A stretch of DNA of 64,000 nt, taken from NCBI GenBank assembly GCA_943846605.1, contig OX044361.1, forward strand, positions 2,098,673-2,162,672. Direction: 5' to 3'. The DNA is from an uncultured Pseudomonadales bacterium (lineage in GTDB: Bacteria > Pseudomonadota > Gammaproteobacteria > Pseudomonadales > Azotimanducaceae). This document shows positions 1-8,051 of the stretch, piece after piece. The translations under genes were made by a program, and so were the position numbers. The notes beneath the pieces are model-generated. The model saw nothing but the letters and a program-made list of their open reading frames with translations, did not search any database and was not told the origin of the DNA. How positions within the stretch are numbered: position 1 is the first letter of the stretch; the number at the start of each line of letters is the position of its first letter.

Positions 1-213
1 GACCGGCATGGCATAAACCAGCGCGGCGTAGCTGCCGTATAACAGGCCCGCATCTCGATCACCAAATAAGAAGTGTTTGGTGAGGTAAAGAATCAGTAAT
101 GCCCGCATGCCGTAATAACTGAATCTTTCCCACATTTCCGTCAGAAATAAAACATATAAGCCGCGAGGGTGGCCCATGAGTTCACCCTGCGGGTGGGGAA
201 TTGTAGTATTCAT
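1..213 (-). CDS. POT/PTR family peptide:H+ symporter, 5' part only (runs off window start)
   Basis: Not in the ORF track. Manual translation from ATG 213 gives [71 protein letters not shown], containing the POT-family GHP..L and [12 protein letters not shown] signature. Confidence 0.93.
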   Translation of the reverse strand, partial: MNTTIPHPQGELMGHPRGLYVLFLTEMWERFSYYGMRALLILYLTKHFLFGDRDAGLLYGSYAALVYAMPV

Positions 214-459
214 AAATTTAATGGCATTAGATGTTTGGTTTAACACGACAAATTCAGTGTGCTGTATGTCGCGAGCGCGGCAGTGCACAACGTCGTCGCA
301 AGATGGTGCTGATTGATAAAAATGTCAACTTGATAAGGGTTATTGTATCTTTGTATTGTGTATTTAAGAGCTTCCGGTATCTGTTAAGGCGGGTTCCGCC
401 GGCTGTGGTAAGGCGCCTTTATGAATTTTTATCCGTTTTTGCAGCCCTGTTGAGATCCT

Positions 460-834
460 ATGCCTAAGCCAGGAGAAACCGGATTTGCGCGAATTTATTC
501 TGCGACTCGTTATTCGTGGCAGGGATTAACAGCTACTTGGGAAAATGAGTCAGCGTTCCGACAAGAGTGCGTGTTAGCCGCTGTGCTCACCCCGGTCGCT
601 GGTCTGCTCGCCGAGAATGTGACTCAATGGATATTGCTGATCGCAGTAATGGCGGTTGTGCTGATTACTGAATTATTAAATTCTGCCGTCGAATCGGTTG
701 TTGACCGCGTTGGTGATGAAATGCATGAATTGTCTGGTCGAGCCAAAGACCAAGGCTCCGCTGCTGTATTTGTCTCTCTGAGTCTTGCGGTTTTTGTGTG
801 GTCGTCAATTGTGGTGGCAAATTTCTTGATTTAA
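460..834 (+). CDS. dgkA: Diacylglycerol kinase (DgkA family)
   Basis: 124 aa, hydrophobic. Motifs YSWQGL, E.AFRQE, ELLNSAVESVVDRVG and HELSGRAKDQGSAAV match prokaryotic DAGK. Confidence 0.95.
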   Translation: MPKPGETGFARIYSATRYSWQGLTATWENESAFRQECVLAAVLTPVAGLLAENVTQWILLIAVMAVVLITELLNSAVESVVDRVGDEMHELSGRAKDQGSAAVFVSLSLAVFVWSSIVVANFLI

Positions 835-845
835 CGCTTGGCACT

Positions 846-2093
846 TTACGTCACTTTGCTCCGCCGCCGGCGGGCTTTTAGTTTTTTTCGGCCAGCGGCT
901 TTGCCTGAGCTTTTGACGCGAACGGGGCCGCGGTAATTAGCCACCAAACCAGAGACTTTGCGGTGCGTGAAGCGGGTTTTTAAATGTCGTTCGATACGCG
1001 ACATCTGGTTCCATTCGGTGGAATCCACTAGGCTGATTGCAGTGCCTGTGCGGCCTGCGCGGGCAGTGCGGCCGACTCGGTGAATATGATCGTCAACTGA
1101 TAAGGCGACATTGAAGTTAATGACCAAGGTGATGCCTTGGATATCAATGCCTCTAGCGGCCACGTCTGTGGCCACTAAAATACCGAATTGACCGCTGCGG
1201 AATTGGTTGATGATGCGTTTTCGGTCCCTTTGTGAGAGTTCTCCGTGTGTAAAATCGGCGCGAAGTTTATGGGCTTTCAATGCGTTGCCAAGTGCTTGGC
1301 ATTGTTTGCGCGTATTACAAAAAATAATCGAGCGCGGCGCCTGTTCTTTTGCCAATAACGCGATTACCAACCGTTTTTTGTGCTGCAGATCATCAGCCAG
1401 CACAACCTGTTGTATCAGTGAGGTTTGACTCTGCTGATGAGGATCAATTGTGATCGTCTGCGGGTCGTGCAGGAAGGTGGCGATGTCCCAGGTGTGCTGT
1501 TGCGAAAGAGTGGCCGAGAACAACAAGGTTTGGCGTTGATGTGGACAGGCCTTGGTAATCGTTTTTACTTCAGGTGCAAACCCTAATTCCAGTATGCGGT
1601 CCGCTTCGTCTAGCACCATCATGTCGAGTTTACTGAGATCAACGGTGGCTTTTACGATGTGTTCAACAAGCCGCCCCGGGGTGGCGATGATGACTTCGGG
1701 TTGTTTGTCGATATTGGTGCGCTGCCGGCTAAAGGTTTCTCCGCCGATTACGAGCACGCAGCTAAGATCTGTATGGCGGGCGAGAGTCTCAAAGGTTCTT
1801 CGCGTTTGTAGTGCTAATTCTCGGGTCGGCAGTAAGATCAGCAGACGCGGCGCGCTCTTGGAATCGCAATTGTTGAGCAATTTATGCAAGGCGGGCAGCA
1901 TAAATGCGGCTGTTTTGCCGCTACCGGTCTTGGAGCAAACAATTAAATCTTTGTCCAATAGCACCTGCGGTATGGTTTGGGATTGAACCGCGGTGGCTTC
2001 TATAAATCCCGCTTCCTCAGCAGCGCGCAGCAAATGGGGGTGTAATGAAAATTGTGCAATCACCGGCGGATAATAGCCTGCCTGCTCTGACAA
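846..2093 (-). CDS. srmB: DEAD-box RNA helicase, SrmB-like
   Basis: SKTGSGKT, PTRELA, TPGRL, LDEAD, SAT, ARGID and HRVGRTARAGR (TAR variant as in SrmB), plus a basic C-tail. The real start may be GTG 2063. Confidence 0.85.
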   Translation of the reverse strand: MSEQAGYYPPVIAQFSLHPHLLRAAEEAGFIEATAVQSQTIPQVLLDKDLIVCSKTGSGKTAAFMLPALHKLLNNCDSKSAPRLLILLPTRELALQTRRTFETLARHTDLSCVLVIGGETFSRQRTNIDKQPEVIIATPGRLVEHIVKATVDLSKLDMMVLDEADRILELGFAPEVKTITKACPHQRQTLLFSATLSQQHTWDIATFLHDPQTITIDPHQQSQTSLIQQVVLADDLQHKKRLVIALLAKEQAPRSIIFCNTRKQCQALGNALKAHKLRADFTHGELSQRDRKRIINQFRSGQFGILVATDVAARGIDIQGITLVINFNVALSVDDHIHRVGRTARAGRTGTAISLVDSTEWNQMSRIERHLKTRFTHRKVSGLVANYRGPVRVKSSGKAAGRKKLKARRRRSKVT

Positions 2094-2290
2094 TACTGCT
2101 TTTGTTTAGACAAGGTTCGAACGATGGCTAGGATGACGCTGGCGTGCATCGCAACGATAAGCCATTGACTTCTTGCTTGTTAGATATGAGAGAATAAAAA
2201 GCGGTGCTGCAAGTGTTGGCGCGCCCTTTAATGGCGTGAATAAGAAATATAAAAGCGTAAGTAAGCAATAGCCTCTAGGCAGGGAATACG

Positions 2291-2635
2291 ATGGCATATG
2301 AGTTGACGGGAAAGATTAAACTGATCCAAGACACCCGAACGTTTGATAGTGGGTTCACCAAACGCGAAATGGTTGTGATTGTTGATGACGGTAGGTATCC
2401 GCAAGAAATAAATCTTGAGTTTGTGCAGGATAAGGTGGCGCTGCTTGAAAGCCTCAGGCCAGATCAGGAAGTGACGGTGACCTTTGATATTCGTGGCCGC
2501 GAATATAATGGCCGATATTTCAATAATCTTCAGGGCTGGAAAGTTCAGGCGGCTGATGATGGCGAGGCGCTTCCTCCAATTGATGCTAATTATCCCATGC
2601 CCGAAGATTTTGATGACGAAGACATCCCTTTTTAG
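2291..2635 (+). CDS. DUF3127 family protein (OB-fold-like) with acidic SSB-like C-terminus
   Basis: GFTKREMVV, YPQEINLEFVQDK, VTVTFDIRGREYNGRYFNNLQGWK, ending DFDDEDIPF. AGGGA RBS upstream. Confidence 0.85.
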   Translation: MAYELTGKIKLIQDTRTFDSGFTKREMVVIVDDGRYPQEINLEFVQDKVALLESLRPDQEVTVTFDIRGREYNGRYFNNLQGWKVQAADDGEALPPIDANYPMPEDFDDEDIPF

Positions 2636-2680
2636 GGGCTGTGTGTTGATCATCCCAACTGGCTGGGAGCGTTGATCGCT

Positions 2681-2701
2681 AGGCAGTAGGCAGTAGGCAG
2701 T
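2681..2701. repeat. Heptamer tandem repeat (AGGCAGT)x3 in convergent intergenic gap
   Basis: aggcagt aggcagt aggcagt read directly; a short hairpin TCCCA-ACTGGC-TGGGA lies at 2653-2668. Confidence 0.8.
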
Positions 2702-2723
2702 CAGCGCAGCAGAGGCGGACTGT

Positions 2724-3599
2724 TCACTGATTTTGTGCGATGACTGGCGGCTTTAATTTTCGTAGGTAGAGGATAGATATCAGGATTAAGAGCATCGGCA
2801 GGGGCCACTTTAAGGCGTAGCTGACATGCTCAAAATAATATTTTTTGGTGATGAAATGTTCAACGTCTCGCCACTCTTGAAATTCTTGCCGGTATAGGTC
2901 GAGAAAAAATGATTCGTCTGTTTTTGTATACCCGGCGTTGACATACCGACTGGCGAGCGTGTCAGGGTTTTGTGCCCAGGTTGGTTTCCTGGTCATTGCG
3001 GTAACGCCAAAATCCGCGTCGAGTATGGCCTGCTCGCCGTTGTTAAATGTGGCCAAGACCACTACATGTCCAGGAAAGCTCAGTATCGTATTTTCTATGC
3101 CCTGTAGATCCAAGACTTGTGAAAGTATCATAGAGGCGTCACCGCAGATGCCGATGCCTCGCTTTAGGCTTTTTTTATAGTCCGCGAATTGGTAGCGCCG
3201 GTACTCTGGAATGGTAGAAAATTTGCCCATGAAATGTAGAAAGTAATTTTCCCAAACCGGAATCCGTTGATTGAACTGTGCAGGGTCGTATCTTTCCCAA
3301 TGGATATGCGCCAGACCATCGTCGATGACCTGTGTGACTCGCATCGCATAAGCCCGGTCTGTTTCGTTCTGTTTCCGTGTCAGATCGGTCATTGTTTGTT
3401 GGTAATTTGTAGGTTGATCACCGTAAAAACGCAGTTCACTGTTAAAAAAGTGATTCACCCGCATGTTCTGAAACAGGCCATAGATATTGATTGCCAGCAA
3501 TGTCGCGCCAATGCAAAAGGTGAGTTGAATTAGCCTTTTTTTTAGCTTAGACAAAGGTATCACCGGACGCGCTTTTGATGAGCGCGACCTCTGCCGCAA
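2724..3599 (-). CDS. Membrane-anchored protein with transglutaminase-like (Cys-His-Asp) domain
   Basis: N- and C-terminal hydrophobic helices. GICGDASMILSQVL...FPGHVVV...ILDADFG gives a C-H-D triad in transglutaminase-like spacing. Lies 8 bp downstream of the large heme-protein gene. Confidence 0.7.
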   Translation of the reverse strand: MRQRSRSSKARPVIPLSKLKKRLIQLTFCIGATLLAINIYGLFQNMRVNHFFNSELRFYGDQPTNYQQTMTDLTRKQNETDRAYAMRVTQVIDDGLAHIHWERYDPAQFNQRIPVWENYFLHFMGKFSTIPEYRRYQFADYKKSLKRGIGICGDASMILSQVLDLQGIENTILSFPGHVVVLATFNNGEQAILDADFGVTAMTRKPTWAQNPDTLASRYVNAGYTKTDESFFLDLYRQEFQEWRDVEHFITKKYYFEHVSYALKWPLPMLLILISILYLRKLKPPVIAQNQ

Positions 3600-3607
3600 A
3601 GTATAGC

Positions 3608-6600
3608 TTACTGGTCATGCGCAACTGAGAAGGTGCGCGTGACGCGGTTGATATTACCCTGATGGTCTTTGATTGAAATCGAAAGGGTGCCGGTGAATCC
3701 CTCTGCAAGGGGTTCTAGCAAAGGGTAAACGTAGACACCATCATTTGCGGAGCTGAATAAATAGTTCAAGTTTTCTCCTGCTGGGTAACCATCGATTTCG
3801 AAATCAGCTGTAACGGACAGAGAATTGATGTCGATGCCTGAGTATGCATCAGCGAAGCCAATAATAAGTTTTTCAACCGGTTTTTGATTTTGACCCTCTC
3901 TAGGTGCTGAGACGGTCAATACTGGACGTAGGTCGTCGGCAAACCAGCCATAACCTTGTTTTGTTTCGCCGCGGCTCTGATCGATGGCACATCCCAGATC
4001 AATCCAACGGGCAAAAGTCATTTTTTCTTCAGTTGTCAGTGGGGCGTAACCTTCACCGGGAATCGGCATGATGCTGCCTACCAGATCAAGGTCAGCGTCG
4101 TTGATACGAGCGCCGGGCGGTAAGGTATTGGCATCACCAAGGACTGCCGCACTGGGATGGCTGCTATTGTCCCAGCCGTCGGTCCGCTGCCCCCATAATT
4201 TCCACATGAGCAGGCTGCGTCGGCTTTGAAATTTTCTGACATAGCGGCTTGCATTGGTTTGACGCCAGCTCCCAACTAAAGGGGGGATGCCCCAAGTCGC
4301 TTTAGGATCGTTACATAGCCTTGCATAATCGCCAGGTAATCCGTCGTAATTGTTCAGATCGTCAAGTACCAGATCTGCAGGCGGTGTGTCATTTGTTGTC
4401 GTATGGCAACCGACACATTTGCTTTCTAACACAGGCCGGATGTCTTTGAAGAATTCGACGTCTACGGCGGTGACATCAGTTTCTTTGATGATTGGATGAC
4501 CGTTGGTGTCCTGACTCACCAGAGGTGTTTTTTGTGTGAGGTCCCAAACCGCATAATCGGGGCTGGCAGCGGCAGTGGTTTGGAAATCGAGTGATTGCTG
4601 GCTGTGTGAATGACAGCCGCCACAGGTTCTCAGTTCACCGGGTCGCACCTGATGCCAAGTTTGAGATGCATTGAGCACGGCACCGTTTTTATCAATGGTC
4701 TGGAAGGTAAATGGTGCATCGGCAGGGATTTTTGCCAGGAAACTGGTGTCGGGGTTGCCCTCGAGGTCCATAACAGCCGAGCCGTCTGAGTTATATTTAC
4801 GCAGGGGTATTTCACCCAGAATCCGCAGCCGTTCGTTGGCATGATTGTGGAACCATACACCACCTTCGGGGTTAGAATTAGGGCCATAACCGCGATCTGG
4901 GTTGGGCTCCATGAGCAAAATTCGCAGTGCCCAAATATCGCTGTTGTCGTAGAGACCAGCGTCAGCACCTTGACTGATCCAATTCGTGCTTTGATGATTC
5001 TCGCTGGAATTAAATGCGTCTAAGCCATCCCAATTTTCACCGATTGAGTTAGGCGCGCTGCCTCGTTTGTACAAAGTGCTGGCACCAATAAGGCCATAAG
5101 GGGTGCCCTCAGGCAACATTGGGTGTTCGCGACCATCGTTGGGAAGCCAAGGGAGTTCTTTGGGTTCGGGTATGCCGTGGATAGACTCATAGGGTACAAC
5201 AGCGCGGGGCCAAGCCTCGTTGAAGTTGGGGTCATTTTTGATGAGGATGAGTTTGCTCATATCATCCACGGGCTCTCCGCCTGCCATTATATAGATGCCG
5301 GAGTCGACGGCGGGCCAGGGGGTAGGTCGGTTGAGTTTGTTGACTGGACCATCGGACCAGGCGACCAGTAAGTCATTATTGGGTGCTGCTGACGGATGTG
5401 TGTACTTGCCATAACCGTCGATTGCTGCATTGTCGTTTGAGGTTGACAGTGGAGTGATTGAAGATAACCCTTTGGGAGTAAAAGGCATTCGCATAGTCCC
5501 TTGATCATTATGCTTTATTTCAGGGTTTTTAGTGATGTCAGGGCTATGGAAGGCCGGTTGGTTCGAATCTGTGTGTTGAGGAATGCGGTATAGAGAGCCG
5601 AAGCCAAAGTTATTCAGGTTGTAGTAGTTCTCGACTACCACGCTTCGGTCAGACAACTGTGTTGTGAAGTGAAAAACTTTGGGTTGGTCAAAGGCACTGG
5701 CTACGGGTTCCCAGTAACGGCCGTCGGGCCATATGGACCAAACGCCCCACAGGCGATGATCGCGTAACCCTTGGCTTTCGTAGCTGCTAAACATGATTCT
5801 GCCATCTGCCAAAGGGGTCGGGTGTAGCGCAGAACTGTTGGTCATGGGAGCTATTGGCGTGACATTTTTGGTGTCTAAATCCATCACGAAGAGTTGCATG
5901 GTGGGGTAAGAAAACCCTTTGGTCGGGCGAAACCCGTTGCGATTGCTGGTGAACACTAATTTGTTTCCGGCAATAGGCGCAGGTGCTGTATTTAAAATGC
6001 CATAGCCCATTCGGTTGGCACCAGTGGCTGGGTCCACGGGGTTGCTTTCATCCCATTGGCCGGTTCCGGTGTTGGGGGTGAATTCCTGAAAGGTCAGTTG
6101 TTCAATTTGTCGCGTGGTGAGATGCAGACGGTAAATATCTGAGCCTCGCTTGGGTAAATTGCCGCGTTGATAATTGAGGTTTTCTTCGCGTAAATCGTAG
6201 AAATGGCTGTAGTAGACCCACTGCCCATCAAAAGAAATGAACGGGTCGGTGATTGCGCCGTGCTCAGTATCAATTAAGACCTCTTCGGAGCCATCGGGAT
6301 GCAGCAGCATGAGATCAGAGTTGACTGCAAGCTTTGCCGGATTAACCCCTGCCCATTTGATATGCGCATGATCACCAGCACGTGGTTTTCTAACGTAGAC
6401 GATATCATAGTCGACGGGCGCTGCTTCATCCCTGATTTGATCGCCAATGCTAATGACGTCAATGGGGTTTATTGCAGCTTGAACGGTCACGGTAATGCTC
6501 GATTGACTTTCTCCGCCGGCGCCCGAGCAGCGCAGAGTAAATTGAGTGTCGCCGGATAGGGTGTCGGAGCGAAAGCTTCCCTGTAAGGGTTGAGGACCAT

Positions 6601-7843
6601 TGAAACCGCCATCTGTACTTGATGCATAGCATTGCTGGGCATCTGTGCTGTCCCAATTCAACTGCGCATTCGAGTTGGCCTCTAGGTGCGCAGATACTGT
6701 TTCCAGGCGAATAGTAGGCTGGCGCTTGTTTTCAGGAAGGTTGGCGCTTTGGTTGATCTCCTCATCGGAAAGGCTGTTGCCTTGAGCGATGTCTTTGGCG
6801 ATGTTTTCGATAGTGTTTTTTACTTGGACGTCGAAGGTCCGGTCTGCGACTTCCCGAACAGAGTCAGGTTCGGTGCCTTCCAAAGAGCCCATGACATGGG
6901 TGAGCGTTGAATCGGGATGAATATTCTCGACAAGTGCTATTGCTTTTAGCAGTCCAGTGATGCTCCGGTCGCTCACAGGCACGTCGCGAACATCAATTGA
7001 GGCTGCTTCTGGCAAGATTGACGTGATTGCGGCATTCATTGCCGAGGTGGCCGTAAAGCCGTCAACCTGCAGGCGGCCCGCGAGCACTTCCAAGCGAATC
7101 CCTATCTCGACGGTTTTGGTTACCGCGAGAAGTCTGGGATCACTGGTTTTGCTGATATCGTATGGTTGGGGGTTTGCTGTTGTGTCAGCAAAGTTGCAGG
7201 CCATCGCGTTAATGGTTTCATCCATTGTTTTTTCTGGATATTGTGCGTCGACGCGGCGGATCCATTCTGCCGACGCTTCGTTAGACAAGGTGGCGGTAGC
7301 GGCGTTGCTTGGGTCAATTGTGCTGCGCAGAGGGTGATAGGATTGAGTAGGGTCTAGTCCAATATCGAGATTTTCCTCCACACTGGACCATAACGCATTG
7401 AGATGTCCTTCGGTTTCGTTGTTAGCGCATTTTGCTGCCTTGGCAACGAGTGTGGATATTGGGGACAGGTTGGCTGTCTGATCGCCTGATCTGGCAACCA
7501 AGGTTGTCATCTCGAAGTCGGCTGCACGATTAGTGACCAAGTCTGTTCCGCCGGAGGCCGTTATGCTGATCGGGAGCGGAGTGTTTTCCGGCAATTCGAT
7601 TGAATAGCTGGCAGATTGGTCGCTAGTACCTTGGGCTATCAGGATTCCGTTTGCGTCAAAAACCCGAATGTCAGCGCCGACAACGGGGCCATCAAACACT
7701 CGGCCTGAAAGCCGAAACTCGGCTATTTTTTGGACCGGCTCAGAGGCGATTGGCGCTGGAGAAGGGCTTGAACTGCCGCCACCTGAGCAGCCGCTCAATA
7801 AAAATAAAGAACCCATGACATTCGTGAGCAAATTGTTTTTCAT
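3608..7843 (-). CDS. Large lipoprotein: beta-sandwich/Ig-like stalk + beta-propeller + HzsA-like middle domain + cytochrome c domain (two CxxCH) + C-terminal Ig-like domain
   Basis: Lipobox LSGC after ATG 7843 (track starts at GTG 7852). PD40-like repeats (DPFISFDGQWVYYS, LVFTSNR, PTPLADGRIMFS). KIPADAPFTFQTIDKNG..QTWHQVRPGELRTCGGCH matches the hydrazine synthase alpha middle-domain pattern. FFKDIRPVLESKCVGCH...EEKMTFARWIDLG resembles planctomycete-type cytochrome c. Confidence 0.8.
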   Translation of the reverse strand: MKNNLLTNVMGSLFLLSGCSGGGSSSPSPAPIASEPVQKIAEFRLSGRVFDGPVVGADIRVFDANGILIAQGTSDQSASYSIELPENTPLPISITASGGTDLVTNRAADFEMTTLVARSGDQTANLSPISTLVAKAAKCANNETEGHLNALWSSVEENLDIGLDPTQSYHPLRSTIDPSNAATATLSNEASAEWIRRVDAQYPEKTMDETINAMACNFADTTANPQPYDISKTSDPRLLAVTKTVEIGIRLEVLAGRLQVDGFTATSAMNAAITSILPEAASIDVRDVPVSDRSITGLLKAIALVENIHPDSTLTHVMGSLEGTEPDSVREVADRTFDVQVKNTIENIAKDIAQGNSLSDEEINQSANLPENKRQPTIRLETVSAHLEANSNAQLNWDSTDAQQCYASSTDGGFNGPQPLQGSFRSDTLSGDTQFTLRCSGAGGESQSSITVTVQAAINPIDVISIGDQIRDEAAPVDYDIVYVRKPRAGDHAHIKWAGVNPAKLAVNSDLMLLHPDGSEEVLIDTEHGAITDPFISFDGQWVYYSHFYDLREENLNYQRGNLPKRGSDIYRLHLTTRQIEQLTFQEFTPNTGTGQWDESNPVDPATGANRMGYGILNTAPAPIAGNKLVFTSNRNGFRPTKGFSYPTMQLFVMDLDTKNVTPIAPMTNSSALHPTPLADGRIMFSSYESQGLRDHRLWGVWSIWPDGRYWEPVASAFDQPKVFHFTTQLSDRSVVVENYYNLNNFGFGSLYRIPQHTDSNQPAFHSPDITKNPEIKHNDQGTMRMPFTPKGLSSITPLSTSNDNAAIDGYGKYTHPSAAPNNDLLVAWSDGPVNKLNRPTPWPAVDSGIYIMAGGEPVDDMSKLILIKNDPNFNEAWPRAVVPYESIHGIPEPKELPWLPNDGREHPMLPEGTPYGLIGASTLYKRGSAPNSIGENWDGLDAFNSSENHQSTNWISQGADAGLYDNSDIWALRILLMEPNPDRGYGPNSNPEGGVWFHNHANERLRILGEIPLRKYNSDGSAVMDLEGNPDTSFLAKIPADAPFTFQTIDKNGAVLNASQTWHQVRPGELRTCGGCHSHSQQSLDFQTTAAASPDYAVWDLTQKTPLVSQDTNGHPIIKETDVTAVDVEFFKDIRPVLESKCVGCHTTTNDTPPADLVLDDLNNYDGLPGDYARLCNDPKATWGIPPLVGSWRQTNASRYVRKFQSRRSLLMWKLWGQRTDGWDNSSHPSAAVLGDANTLPPGARINDADLDLVGSIMPIPGEGYAPLTTEEKMTFARWIDLGCAIDQSRGETKQGYGWFADDLRPVLTVSAPREGQNQKPVEKLIIGFADAYSGIDINSLSVTADFEIDGYPAGENLNYLFSSANDGVYVYPLLEPLAEGFTGTLSISIKDHQGNINRVTRTFSVAHDQ
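3789..6382. repeat. Direct repeat copy A (~2.6 kb), near-identical to 8281-10874
   Basis: Constant offset of 4492 bp; shadow ORFs recur with that offset (4078/8570, 4630/9122, 5020/9512). Six substitutions spotted by eye: 3796, 3820, 4961, 5817, 5835, 5914. Confidence 0.95.
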
Positions 7844-8051
7844 CACCAACACTTTCCCGATAATTAGGCGGATATTTCGCGTAAATTCGAAAGAAAGTTT
7901 ACGGTTCTGCGCCTGGGATCATGTGATCTGCAGCACAGTTTGTTCGAGAAATGTAAATGTGTGAGGTAGTTCTAAAAAGCAGGCTTATTGGCGCGGGCTA
8001 ACGCTTCCAGATTGGGGGCATTGCATGCGTGTAAGTTCGCCTTAAAACGCT

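Noticed and set aside
231-467. 78 aa ORF before dgkA
   Set aside because: It occupies the divergent promoter region, has a TTG/ATG start without family motifs and overlaps dgkA; likely spurious.
2228-2653. 141 aa minus-strand ORF
   Set aside because: Antisense shadow of the DUF3127 gene.
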